From Candidatus Saccharimonadota bacterium (GTDB lineage: Bacteria; Patescibacteriota; Saccharimonadia; Saccharimonadales; UBA4665): a stretch of 32,000 nucleotides of DNA. Below the pieces are notes generated by a model that was not told the origin of the DNA, ran no database searches, and was given only the letters and a program-made list of their open reading frames with translations. Location: the NCBI GenBank assembly GCA_002952755.1, contig CP025011.1, positions 90,001 through 122,000 of the forward strand, in the 5' to 3' direction. Each line of letters begins with the position of its first letter. Position 1 is the stretch's first letter. Positions 16,699-25,668 of this stretch are shown piece after piece. The translations under genes and the position numbers were made by a program.

Positions 16699-18117
16699 GT
16701 GCAAAGCAGGGTGTGGCGCCACCGTCTAAGACGTCCGGTGGTTGTTATTGTTTGTTGCGTGAGCTTGCTTATAGGGCTAGCGAGTGCGGCACGTGTGACG
16801 TCCGCGGCTGGCTGGATGGCTTGTCTATCTTTGCTGATAGTAGTAAAAAGGCGCCGTCAGGATGTGCTATGTTGTGTGTGTTTGGCACTGTGTGCCGTTG
16901 GTCTGGGTGTGAGTCGAGGGGTAAGTGTGCGGCATGCATTTTTGCCGTACCAGCGTCTGGCGTTGCATAGTGTAGTCCTTTCGGGTCGGGTAACGGGAGA
17001 TGCGATATATGGCGATCATTCGCAGTTGACGTTTGGCGTGGACCATGTGCACCTGCTTGCTCCAAAGCAGGTGCACCTTCCTGGTGAGTTGCAAATTGCC
17101 GGTTTTGGGACAGGGTTCGTTTTTCGGGGCGATGCGGTTTTGGTTCGCGGCAAACTGTTTCCCACGCGCGGCAATGCCGTAGCACACATCAGCTTCGCGG
17201 AGCTTCAACTGCTACGGCGTGGCACAGCGCCGATTGACGAACTGCGTCGACGGTTTACGGCCGGACTCCAAACGGCGTTGCCAGAGCCGCAGGCATCGTT
17301 TGGGCTTGGACTGCTAATTGGTCAGCGTTCGACCTTACCTGCAGATACTGCGCAGGTTTTACTGGCTGTGGGTCTGACGCACTTGATTGCAGTGTCGGGA
17401 TATAACCTAACAATTATGGTAGCTGCCGTGCGGCGATTACTCGGCAAACGCTCGGCATATCAGACAACGATTACCTGTCTTGTTCTTGTGGGCTTGTTTT
17501 TACTACTCGTCGGTAGTAGCCCCTCGATTGTCCGAGCAAGCATTATTAGCATGTTAAGCATCGTGGCATGGTACTATGGCCGGATATTTCGGCCCCTGGT
17601 GCTGTTATTGCTGGCTGCAGCCATTACGGGATATGCTAGCCCGCAGTATGTATGGGGAAATGTGAGTTGGACGCTGTCGTTTCTGGCTTTCTTTGGTGTG
17701 CTGATTGTTGCGCCTCTGGTAACGAAACGCATCTGCGGCGAAAAAGAACCGAAGCTTTTTATTCGCATTATGATTGAAACGCTGTGTGCCGAACTTATAA
17801 CAGCACCGTATATGCTCCATATATTTGGCCAAGCATCTTTCGTGACGCTGCCTGCAAATGTGCTGATCGCAGCAGTCGTCCCGCTCGCTATGTTGTGCTG
17901 CCTCATAGCCGGAATTACCGGTATGCTTGTTCCGGCGACTACGGGGTGGTTTGCCTGGCCAGCCAAGTGGGTGCTGAGCTACATGCTCGATATGGCAACT
18001 ATGCTGAGCCGCATCCCGCATGCCTTTGTGCAGCAGCTGAAATTCTCGCTGGTTTCTATGCTTATAACCTATGCGCTCCTTGCGTCAGGGCTGATCATAT
18101 TGAGGCGTCCGCCATGA
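16699..18117 (+). CDS. comEC: ComEC/Rec2-type DNA internalisation channel, no metallo-beta-lactamase domain
   Basis: 472-aa polytopic protein. The Competence-domain motif LLAVGLTHLIAVSGYNLTIM follows a DUF4131-like N-terminal region. The protein ends right after the TM core. The start (GTG 16699) is uncertain. Confidence 0.85.
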   Translation: MQSRVWRHRLRRPVVVIVCCVSLLIGLASAARVTSAAGWMACLSLLIVVKRRRQDVLCCVCLALCAVGLGVSRGVSVRHAFLPYQRLALHSVVLSGRVTGDAIYGDHSQLTFGVDHVHLLAPKQVHLPGELQIAGFGTGFVFRGDAVLVRGKLFPTRGNAVAHISFAELQLLRRGTAPIDELRRRFTAGLQTALPEPQASFGLGLLIGQRSTLPADTAQVLLAVGLTHLIAVSGYNLTIMVAAVRRLLGKRSAYQTTITCLVLVGLFLLLVGSSPSIVRASIISMLSIVAWYYGRIFRPLVLLLLAAAITGYASPQYVWGNVSWTLSFLAFFGVLIVAPLVTKRICGEKEPKLFIRIMIETLCAELITAPYMLHIFGQASFVTLPANVLIAAVVPLAMLCCLIAGITGMLVPATTGWFAWPAKWVLSYMLDMATMLSRIPHAFVQQLKFSLVSMLITYALLASGLIILRRPP

Positions 18118-18174
18118 CAGACGTGCTATACTAACAGATAAGAAACAGATATAGGTAACAGAAGGAGATGACCG

Positions 18175-18903
18175 ATGAGCGGACATTCCAAATGGTCGAC
18201 AATTAAGCGGGAAAAAGGCGCCAAAGATGCGGCGCGCGGTGCTGTGTTTACCAAGCTGGGCAGCGCTATCGCCATCGCTGCCCGCAGTGGCACTGATCCT
18301 AACACCAACTTTGCCCTGAGGCTAGCCATCGACAAAGCCAAAGCGGCTAATATGCCTCTCGCTAATATCGACCGCGCCATTCAGCGGGTTGCAGATAAAG
18401 GTGCCGCTCAGCTGCAGGAAGTTTTATATGAGGGCTATGGCCCGGGGGGCGTGGCAATCTTGGTAGAAGCGGCAACCGACAATATCAATCGCACCTACCC
18501 CGAAGTGCGCCTGGCATTCTCCAAGCACGGCGGCAATATTGCCGAAAAGGGAGCGGTGGCCTTCCAGTTCGACCATAAAGGTCTGATTCGCGTGGCAGGC
18601 AAGGGTGACGATGTGCTCATGCAAGCCTTGGACGCCGGAGCCGAGGACGTCCAGGAAGACGGTGAGGAGTCGGTTATCTACACCGAGCCAACAGACCTTG
18701 CCAAAGTACGCGACACTCTCCGCGAATCAGGCCTCGAGGTCAAGGAAGCTGAACTCACCTATGTTCCAAACGTTACCGTCGAAGTGACCGAGAAAGACAC
18801 AGCCGGCAAAATCATGCGTCTGATGGACGCCCTCGATGCCGTGAATGACGTCACGAACACGCACGTCAATTTCGATATTGCCGAAGATATTTTGAACGGG
18901 TAA
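18175..18903 (+). CDS. yebC: YebC/PmpR (TACO1) family protein
   Basis: Starts MSGHSKWSTIKREKGAKDAARGAVFTKL and is collinear with the family at full length. GAAGGAG RBS and TATACT (18127-18132) lie upstream. Confidence 0.95.
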   Translation: MSGHSKWSTIKREKGAKDAARGAVFTKLGSAIAIAARSGTDPNTNFALRLAIDKAKAANMPLANIDRAIQRVADKGAAQLQEVLYEGYGPGGVAILVEAATDNINRTYPEVRLAFSKHGGNIAEKGAVAFQFDHKGLIRVAGKGDDVLMQALDAGAEDVQEDGEESVIYTEPTDLAKVRDTLRESGLEVKEAELTYVPNVTVEVTEKDTAGKIMRLMDALDAVNDVTNTHVNFDIAEDILNG

Positions 18904-18912
18904 CTTGCCGAT

Positions 18913-19392
18913 ATGCGCATTATCGGCATCGACCCCGGCACTGGCATTTTAGGGTTTGGGATTATCGAGGCCAATGGCTCGCGTGCGCAACTAGTAGACG
19001 CTGGCGTAATTCGTACACCAGTGCACGAAGACGATGCCGTGCGCCTCTTGACGATTTACGAGGAATTGACGGACATTATCGTGCAGACGAAGCCGTCAGT
19101 GATGGCAGTAGAAAAACTTTTCTTTGCGCGCAACGTAACTACCGCCATGACGGTCGCCCAAGCCCGGGGCGTAGTATTGCTGTGCGGGCAGCAAGCTGGG
19201 CTATCACTCTTTGAATACACGCCGATGCAAATCAAACAAGCCGTGACCGGCTACGGCAAAGCCGACAAAAAGCAAATGCAGGAGATGGTGAAGACTCTGC
19301 TTACCCTCAGCGAAATCCCAAAGCCCGACGATGCTGCCGACGCTTTGGCGGCTGCCCTTACGCACGCGGCAGTAGCAGGGCGTGGTATATAA
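18913..19392 (+). CDS. ruvC: Holliday junction resolvase RuvC
   Basis: Starts MRIIGIDPGTGILGFGII. Contains AVEKLFF and DDAADALAAALTH, which carry the catalytic acidic residues. Confidence 0.93.
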   Translation: MRIIGIDPGTGILGFGIIEANGSRAQLVDAGVIRTPVHEDDAVRLLTIYEELTDIIVQTKPSVMAVEKLFFARNVTTAMTVAQARGVVLLCGQQAGLSLFEYTPMQIKQAVTGYGKADKKQMQEMVKTLLTLSEIPKPDDAADALAAALTHAAVAGRGI

Positions 19393-19399
19393 TCTTAGA

Positions 19400-19927
19400 A
19401 TGAGTAAAGAAAGCCGAAATGCACTTCGCGGTTTTGATAGCGACGTGCTCGCACTATGGAAACGCCTGGAGGCATACCCCCCGACAGGATCACCCGGATC
19501 TGAGAGGTGGTTTGACAACGGACCGCTCGAGAGGCTTATGATTGAGCGCCAAGAAGGGGATATTTTTGGCACTATTGCAGAGCAGTTTGTGCATGATATG
19601 CGCAGAATACGCGTGCCAGACGTGGTTATCAGGAATACTGACTCCGGCTCGATTGCGTCAATTAAGGCGTATGCCGCTACTAGTCTTCCGGCAAGATGGG
19701 ATCATTTTTTGGGCCTAGATATAGCTCGTGACCCATCGGGTAAAGTTGTAACCTGTCAGGTGAATTTCCGTCCGCTCGAGTGGCATAGCGAACTCGAACG
19801 CATGATCCCTGGAGAAAGGGCGGAAGTAGTGAGCCTAGAAGAGGCTACCCAGCAAGTAGACAGGGCTCCTGATAGAATGATCGCTCTTTCGGGATTGGTG
19901 CGTGCATTCAGTAATGTATTAATGTAA
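19400..19927 (+). CDS. Hypothetical soluble protein (175 aa)
   Basis: I preferred ATG 19400 (MSKESRN). TATAAT (19388-19393), inside the ruvC 3' end, lies 6 nt upstream. I recognised no family. Confidence 0.6.
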   Translation: MSKESRNALRGFDSDVLALWKRLEAYPPTGSPGSERWFDNGPLERLMIERQEGDIFGTIAEQFVHDMRRIRVPDVVIRNTDSGSIASIKAYAATSLPARWDHFLGLDIARDPSGKVVTCQVNFRPLEWHSELERMIPGERAEVVSLEEATQQVDRAPDRMIALSGLVRAFSNVLM

Positions 19928-19935
19928 AACCACCC

Positions 19936-20721
19936 TTAGCAATCGGAGCGGGAAGCGAGCAGCATTTCTAGCACATTGTGCTCCGTGAAGTCGTCGTACG
20001 GAGAGTAATTCTGAAGCAGGTTGCGCACGGCTTGCTCGAATGGCCCGACCTTGTCGCCGAGCAATGTCCGCGAAGCATACGAGGTGGAGTAGAGATAGCC
20101 CACGATCTGATCGGCAGTCCAGTGGCGCTCGATGGGCGTTTCTTGCCTTTCTATTCTAGAAAATGCCGATGCCGCTAAATCTTCTTCGTAGGGGTGATCC
20201 GATTCCTGGTAGATACCTGATATGGTTTGCCGCTTAGGTCCTAAAAAATCCTGAATTACTGTCCGGACGGCCTGTGCCCAAGGGTCTTCGACGCGCCACA
20301 AACTACGATCACTGCAGATGGCGATAACAGCGTGGGGAAGTGTGACGCCTTTCAGCTTGTCGAGGACTTTTGGCCGGTCCATCCAGTGAAAGGCGCGGAT
20401 GATCGTTACTAGGGATGCTCGCCAGTTTGGCGGCAGCTGCATGTCTTCGGCTTTTGTGTTCGCAAAGTGGACGGGCCACCGAGCTATACGCTTTTTTGCT
20501 AAAGCGAGCATGTCGGCATCTGGCTCCAGCGCGTAACCACCCTCAACCCTGGACAGAAATTGCGCTAACACTCTGCCCGTTCCCGTCCCTAAATCCAGTA
20601 ACCTGATTGGCTGCTGTGCTTTGCTCAGTATCTGTTCGATTGCCGCTTGCGGAAGTCCAGGGCGAAAGTCGTCATAATAAGCGGCTGCACCGCTAAAATC
20701 TCCCATTGCACCCTGCTTCAC
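19936..20721 (-). CDS. Class I SAM-dependent methyltransferase
   Basis: Motif I LLDLGTGTGRV with downstream ALEPDADMLALAK and IIRAFHWMD. Its start overlaps the stop of the upstream DUF4234 gene by 4 nt. Confidence 0.85.
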   Translation of the reverse strand: MKQGAMGDFSGAAAYYDDFRPGLPQAAIEQILSKAQQPIRLLDLGTGTGRVLAQFLSRVEGGYALEPDADMLALAKKRIARWPVHFANTKAEDMQLPPNWRASLVTIIRAFHWMDRPKVLDKLKGVTLPHAVIAICSDRSLWRVEDPWAQAVRTVIQDFLGPKRQTISGIYQESDHPYEEDLAASAFSRIERQETPIERHWTADQIVGYLYSTSYASRTLLGDKVGPFEQAVRNLLQNYSPYDDFTEHNVLEMLLASRSDC

Positions 20722-21308
20722 TCGCCTGAGACACCAGGTGGCGTTGCGTCGTGCGAATGCGAGCGATGATTTGGGTGATCTTCGCCTTGGCGGCTGCCAG
20801 CAGCGTCCTTCGACGGTATGTGCTGCGTGGGAATATGGCTTTCTGAGGGTAGCCCTGCGTCGTTTTGGCGATCGATGTACTTATTCAGTTCGGTCTGAAC
20901 CAGCAGCGGCCACACAAAACCAACTCCCAGCAAGTTCATAACTACCCATAACACATAGAGATACGATGTTTCGGTTTGCGGCACCAACAGATGCACTGCT
21001 TCGGCATATTTGTAGAACCAGAAAAACGGTACGATGAGCGCTATGATAAAAAGCAATACGAATATCATCGTGGTAGTCACGCCCCAGCCACCTTGGCCAT
21101 TGGTTATCGCTTTTACAAAGACGGTCACAATAGCAATGCCGAGCATGGCGAACAAAGGAGAAAACAAAATAGTGAGTGGCGGAATAGCCTTTTTGTCTTG
21201 CAACTCGGCTACGATTTCCCGCTGGGTTTTGTATAACCAGACGAGCATATAGATGCCCAGCGTGACGAGGCTGAGTAGGAGAACAGTGAGCGGATTGCGC
21301 CTTTTCAT
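20718..21308 (-). CDS. DUF4234 family membrane protein with His-rich C-terminal tail
   Basis: RNPLTVLLLSLVTLGIYMLVWLYKTQREI is the typical DUF4234 N terminus. About 4 TM helices. AGGA RBS, with TATACT (21338-21343, minus strand) upstream. Confidence 0.75.
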   Translation of the reverse strand: MKRRNPLTVLLLSLVTLGIYMLVWLYKTQREIVAELQDKKAIPPLTILFSPLFAMLGIAIVTVFVKAITNGQGGWGVTTTMIFVLLFIIALIVPFFWFYKYAEAVHLLVPQTETSYLYVLWVVMNLLGVGFVWPLLVQTELNKYIDRQNDAGLPSESHIPTQHIPSKDAAGSRQGEDHPNHRSHSHDATPPGVSGE

Positions 21309-21356
21309 AGGAATCCTAGGGTTACACTTTTAGGCTCAGTATAGCATGGAGCGGGT

Positions 21357-21457
21357 CAGTCCCCTGGCATTGCCGAAACAGCAGACCGTTTTACAGGTGG
21401 CCTGGGGGCCAGCCTGTGGCTAGCTGAGTCTGCTGTTCCAAGTAACACCAGGGGCTG
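21357..21457. other. 101-nt three-helix imperfect palindrome (candidate structured RNA or MITE/ERIC-like repeat)
   Basis: Helix A: 21357-21367 pairs with 21448-21457 (10 bp, one bulge). Helix B: AACAGCAGAC 21377-21386 pairs with GTCTGCTGTT 21428-21437 (10 bp, perfect). Helix C: ACAGGTGGCC 21393-21402 pairs with GGCCAGCCTGT 21407-21417 (10 bp, one bulge), with loop TGGG. Confidence 0.45.
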
Positions 21458-21490
21458 GTTTGGCGACCTTAGGGGTATTGCTGTACGCTA

Positions 21491-22078
21491 ATGCTGATGA
21501 TTGCATTACTCACGGGCGTGGTCGCCGAAAAAACACTCGATATGGTTATTTTAGATGTCAGCGGCGTGGGTTATGGCCTGCTGGTTACGAATGAAGATTA
21601 TGGGCGTTTGGGCGGCGGCGATCTAGCAAAAGTGTATATTTATGAGCATATTCGCGAGCAGGCGCATGACTTATTTGGCTTTTTGCAGCAAGACACCAAA
21701 TCTCTGTTTGAGCAGCTGCTTGGCGTGACCGGTATTGGCCCCAAAATGGCGCTGAATGTGTTGAACATTGGTTCGGCGGCTGCAGTGCGCAGTGCCATTG
21801 CCTCCGGCGACGCCAAGTCTATACAAAAAGCGAACGGTGTCGGTAAGCGTGTTGCTGAGCGGATTGTAGTGGAGCTAAAAGATAAAGTCGGCCTGGCAGG
21901 GGTTGATCTGGCTAGCACTGGATTACTCCAGTCTGATGCTGCCCTCGCTCAGGATGAAGCCGTCGAAGCGCTAGTAGCGCTCGGCTATTCACCTCAGGAT
22001 GCGGCTAAAGCACTGCACACCGTCAGGGCAGACCTCCCTACCGAGGAGCGTATCCGGCAAGCGCTCAAAAAATCATGA
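21491..22078 (+). CDS. ruvA: Holliday junction DNA helicase subunit RuvA
   Basis: MLMIALLTGVV... with VSGVGYGL, the helix-hairpin-helix region LLGVTGIGPKMALNVL / ANGVGKRVAERIV, and C-terminal domain III (ALVALGYSPQDAAKAL). The true start may be ATG 21497. Confidence 0.93.
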   Translation: MLMIALLTGVVAEKTLDMVILDVSGVGYGLLVTNEDYGRLGGGDLAKVYIYEHIREQAHDLFGFLQQDTKSLFEQLLGVTGIGPKMALNVLNIGSAAAVRSAIASGDAKSIQKANGVGKRVAERIVVELKDKVGLAGVDLASTGLLQSDAALAQDEAVEALVALGYSPQDAAKALHTVRADLPTEERIRQALKKS

Positions 22079-22125
22079 TCTTATCTGATCACTACCGGCA
22101 AAGTGTGGCACAATAGGAGATACCT

Positions 22126-23160
22126 ATGGCAGTAGAGCGTATTATTAACACCGGCATCAGCAACGACGACCAGCAGGAGCAAGAACTGGAAGTGACGCTG
22201 CGCCCGCACGACTTTGCCAACTATATCGGCCAGTCGAGACTCAAGCAAAACCTGCAATTAGCGATCGCCGCTGCGAAAAAACGGGGCGATCCCCTGGATC
22301 ACATTTTGCTCTACGGCCCACCGGGTTTAGGAAAAACCACTATGGCCAGTGTCATAGCCAACGAGATGGGTGCGCAGATCCGTATTACCAGCGGGCCGGT
22401 GATTGAGCGGGCCGGTGATCTCGCTAGTTTGCTCACCAATTTGTCGGATGGCGATATTTTGTTTATCGATGAAATTCACCGCCTCAATCGCACCATAGAG
22501 GAAGTCCTCTACTCTGCTATGGAAGATTTTAAGCTCGACATTATGCTGGGCAAAGGCCCGAGTGCACGTAGCTTACGACTCGACTTGCCGAAGTTTACGC
22601 TTATTGGCGCCACAACTCGTACTGGTAATCTAGCCGCCCCGCTGCTTGACCGCTTTGGCATGATTCACCGCCTGGAATTTTATAAGCCAGAAGAAATCCG
22701 GCAGATCATCGAGCGCGCCGCTAGCATCTTGCAGGTACGGATCGCGGGTGATGCCGCCGACGAACTAAGCCGCCGCTCGCGTTTAACCCCGCGCATTGCC
22801 AACCGCTTGCTAAAGCGCGTACGGGACTACGCAGATGTGAATGGCGATGGCATTATCGATACGGTGGTGAGCGGCCAAGCCTTACAGCTACTAGAGGTTG
22901 ACGAACTGGGGCTCGACCCTGCCGATCGCATGTTGCTGTTAGCTATCATAGACAGTTACAAAGGCGGGCCTGTGGGCGTCGAAACGCTGGCTGCCCTCAC
23001 TGCCGAAGAGCGTAGCACTATCGAGGATTTTTACGAGCCCTACCTTATGCAGATCGGCCTATTGGAGCGCACGCCCCGCGGGCGCAAAGTGACCCCCAAG
23101 GCCTACCAACACCTTGGCCGCGTGACGCGCGACGAGCCCGAACAGACCAACCTGGTATAA
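22126..23160 (+). CDS. ruvB: Holliday junction DNA helicase RuvB
   Basis: Walker [10 protein letters not shown], Walker [11 protein letters not shown], sensor region GATTR. AGGAGA RBS upstream. Confidence 0.97.
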   Translation: MAVERIINTGISNDDQQEQELEVTLRPHDFANYIGQSRLKQNLQLAIAAAKKRGDPLDHILLYGPPGLGKTTMASVIANEMGAQIRITSGPVIERAGDLASLLTNLSDGDILFIDEIHRLNRTIEEVLYSAMEDFKLDIMLGKGPSARSLRLDLPKFTLIGATTRTGNLAAPLLDRFGMIHRLEFYKPEEIRQIIERAASILQVRIAGDAADELSRRSRLTPRIANRLLKRVRDYADVNGDGIIDTVVSGQALQLLEVDELGLDPADRMLLLAIIDSYKGGPVGVETLAALTAEERSTIEDFYEPYLMQIGLLERTPRGRKVTPKAYQHLGRVTRDEPEQTNLV

Positions 23161-23167
23161 TAGAGGT

Positions 23168-23863
23168 ATGGAACCGCAACAGCCCCAGCCTCCGTATCAA
23201 CCACAGCCACTCTATCAGGCTCCACCGCAGGCCCCTCCACCAGAACCGCCTCAACCGCCACAACAGGGATATGCGCCTGGCAGTGGTCCAGCACAACTCC
23301 CTTCTAAAGATTTGCATCCAATGGTGGTTATGCAGCCGGGCGAACGTATTGTCGCTTCCATTAAGCGGCACCCTTTTGGCATCGTGTCATTGTATGCCGC
23401 AGCACTCATTGGTATCACACTGGCAGTCATCTTAGCCGTGTACCTATTGCCCAACATGCTGAGCCAAACCAGTACCGACTCATCAGGCACGATGGCGCTG
23501 GTCTATGTTGGTATGGGTATTGTAGTGGTGGGCATCGTGTTAGTTTTAGGCGTGGCCACCTCTGTGTATTGGCAGAATGAATGGGTGGTCACTACTGACA
23601 GTATTACGCAGGTATCGCAAAATAGTTTATTTAACCGTCAGGTGAGTCAGCTTTCGATGGATAATCTGGAGGATGTGACGGTCAATCAGGACGGTATACT
23701 GCCGCACTTGCTTGGCTTTGGTACGCTGAGAGTCGAAACTGCAGGCGAACGCTCCAAGTTCACATTTCCGTACTGTCCTAATCCAACCGACTATGCTCGC
23801 AAGATCCTCGAAGCTCACGAAGACTTCCTAGAGATGCGCCGCAATGTGCAAAACACGCCATAG
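23168..23863 (+). CDS. Membrane protein with bacterial PH (bPH_2/YdbT-like) domain and Pro/Gln-rich N terminus
   Basis: The first ~50 aa are PQ-rich. These are followed by IKRHPFGIV, two TM helices, and WVVTTDSITQV ... LGFGTLRVETAG. TGGTATAAT ends 6 nt before the ATG. Confidence 0.75.
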   Translation: MEPQQPQPPYQPQPLYQAPPQAPPPEPPQPPQQGYAPGSGPAQLPSKDLHPMVVMQPGERIVASIKRHPFGIVSLYAAALIGITLAVILAVYLLPNMLSQTSTDSSGTMALVYVGMGIVVVGIVLVLGVATSVYWQNEWVVTTDSITQVSQNSLFNRQVSQLSMDNLEDVTVNQDGILPHLLGFGTLRVETAGERSKFTFPYCPNPTDYARKILEAHEDFLEMRRNVQNTP

Positions 23864-23872
23864 CTCGTTGCA

Positions 23873-25069
23873 CTATTCGAATCCGACCGCTAAAGTCCTA
23901 GTGCCATTAGTTAGCCGGCGTAGCTGCTGCGGGTTAAACACACGCCGCCTTATAAACGATTCTATCTCCACATCGACATAGCCCGCTGCGCAGTCGGCTA
24001 CACCGCCGTATACACGGTTTGTTCTGCCATCCTCAAGCAGTTCAGTCCCGGTGGGATAAAATACTTGATGCACGATTGAATTGGGTTCTCGTTCGCCGAT
24101 ACGCTCCCAGGACGCTTTGGTTGCGATAATCTCAAGATCGGTTGTAGTGTTCGTACCAGGGTCATACACTAGAGCAACGCCACAATATTCTCGCATGCTT
24201 GTACCGCCGATATAACGGGCAATGTGGCCGATAACGCCTATAGTGCCATCTGGAAATATTTCAATAGGACCCGGCCCCCACCACCACGGCTCCCCAGTAT
24301 CGGCAAGGCCAGGAATAGCAACTTGTGTATTAAGGAGCGCCTCAGGAAACCTTTGCCGATATTCGGTTGTGGTAGTTGCTCGAAATGCGTTGTAACAGAT
24401 ACGTCCAGCGAAGAATAGTCCGTCTGCCCCACCACGCGGACGGTTCAGAACAATATGCAGGCTGGTGTTGTCGGTTCCTTGCCGAGTACCTTTTCGCTGT
24501 TGCAGAGCGGGGTGTAGCGGATAGGGAGTTGTCTCTACTAGATTGGAGATATCTTCACCTTCAAAGAAGAGTTGGTGATATCGCCAATCCGGTTCCTCTC
24601 CTTCTTTAGGTTCTTTTTCGATCCACGCTTTGGTGACGTTAATCTTTACATGCGGCTTGCCGTCGAGCGTGCCTATGTCCATGGCACCATCTTCGTAGGC
24701 CTCGCGGTCGAAAGGATTTGAACCGTCATCCACGACAACCTCTGGCAGGAATGCTAAGCGTCGATCGTCATCAACTACCCAGACAGTTTTGCCCTCCGGC
24801 GTAATTGTCTCCCGGCAGAATTTAACCATTGACGACTGCGGTACCGGCTTGCCCGTTCGGTCTTTACGCTCTATGCGGGCTAAGAGATATCGATTACTAA
24901 CGCCATCAAGCATTTGCCCTACGGGTTGTGTGATGTTGTAGGGGTAGGCGTCAGGCCAGGGGAGATGGAAGTCCATGATCTCGCCCTTTGGCACTCTCTT
25001 TGCATAGTGGATATCTAACAGTTCGTCAAACGTGGGCAAGGAGGACGTTTCGGGCCGCTCATATATCAT
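23873..25069 (-). CDS. Distant DUF1861/GH130-like beta-propeller paralog (hypothetical)
   Basis: 398 aa. YNITQPVGQMLDGVSNRYLLARIERKD, LNRPRGGADGLFFAGRI and GVIGHIARY parallel the motifs of the 12758-13759 protein. The assignment is tentative. Confidence 0.45.
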   Translation of the reverse strand: MIYERPETSSLPTFDELLDIHYAKRVPKGEIMDFHLPWPDAYPYNITQPVGQMLDGVSNRYLLARIERKDRTGKPVPQSSMVKFCRETITPEGKTVWVVDDDRRLAFLPEVVVDDGSNPFDREAYEDGAMDIGTLDGKPHVKINVTKAWIEKEPKEGEEPDWRYHQLFFEGEDISNLVETTPYPLHPALQQRKGTRQGTDNTSLHIVLNRPRGGADGLFFAGRICYNAFRATTTTEYRQRFPEALLNTQVAIPGLADTGEPWWWGPGPIEIFPDGTIGVIGHIARYIGGTSMREYCGVALVYDPGTNTTTDLEIIATKASWERIGEREPNSIVHQVFYPTGTELLEDGRTNRVYGGVADCAAGYVDVEIESFIRRRVFNPQQLRRLTNGTRTLAVGFE

Positions 25070-25148
25070 GCTACTTTTTGTACGTGGTAAATGCAGAGAT
25101 TGCTAGGTGATATAGGTCACACGCGTGTTAGAAACAGTATGGTAGAGG

Positions 25149-25634
25149 TTAATTCAGCGAGCTTTTAACGTACTTTTCGCCGCCTTCAAGCCAGGCGGTA
25201 AGCGTGTAATGAGCGCAAGGAGTTTTATCGTTATCGCAAGCAGAGCCATCTGTGGCGGTTACTTGATAGCTATAACAGTCATTGGTAGGTTTGCTGCTGG
25301 TGATAGCTTTGCCACTCATCGTGCAGTCGGTGTTTTTTGAGGTCCAGCGCGGATCTTGCAGGGCGTCTGGTGGCAAATGTTTGAGATTTTGTGTGCGCCA
25401 GGTGGCGTTGTTCAGTTGTGCAGACGTTGGGTATACGTTGGTGCCCGCGTAGTAAGTCTCGAGTTGACCCTTGAGTACGTCGATCGTGGTCTGGCGTTGG
25501 GTGTTGCGGTTTTTGGCCTGGATGCCGCTATAGGTAAGACCGACGAGCGCAGTTAAGATGCAGACGATGACAATAACTACCAGGAGCTCAATAATGGTGA
25601 AACCGCTATATTTGGAAAACCGAGTTTTATTCAT
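25149..25634 (-). CDS. Type IV pilin (prepilin with class III signal peptide)
   Basis: MNKTRFSKYSG|FTIIELLVVIVIV carries the prepilin cleavage/methylation motif. Four Cys in the C-terminal half. I chose ATG 25634 because the track start 25811 would overlap the upstream ATPase gene. Confidence 0.9.
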   Translation of the reverse strand: MNKTRFSKYSGFTIIELLVVIVIVCILTALVGLTYSGIQAKNRNTQRQTTIDVLKGQLETYYAGTNVYPTSAQLNNATWRTQNLKHLPPDALQDPRWTSKNTDCTMSGKAITSSKPTNDCYSYQVTATDGSACDNDKTPCAHYTLTAWLEGGEKYVKSSLN

Positions 25635-25668
25635 ACTACCCTTGATTATAACGGTACGCACCAACTGG

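Noticed and set aside
16683-17208. ORFs overlapping the comEC 5' region (16683..16970+, 16769..17185-, 16867..17208-)
   Set aside because: They are off-frame or antisense shadows of a GC-rich membrane-protein gene, with Arg/His/Pro-rich implausible products.
21357-21457. Identification of the long hairpin as SRP (4.5S) RNA or 6S RNA
   Set aside because: It lacks the SRP domain IV GNRA tetraloop and the AGCA/GGAA-type conserved loops. It is too short and lacks the large central bubble architecture of 6S RNA. I kept it only as an unclassified structured element.
23045-23490. Minus-strand ORFs (108, 63 and 79 aa) opposite the ruvB end and the PQ-rich region
   Set aside because: They are antisense to a CCN/CAG-rich low-complexity coding stretch, which naturally yields long open frames.
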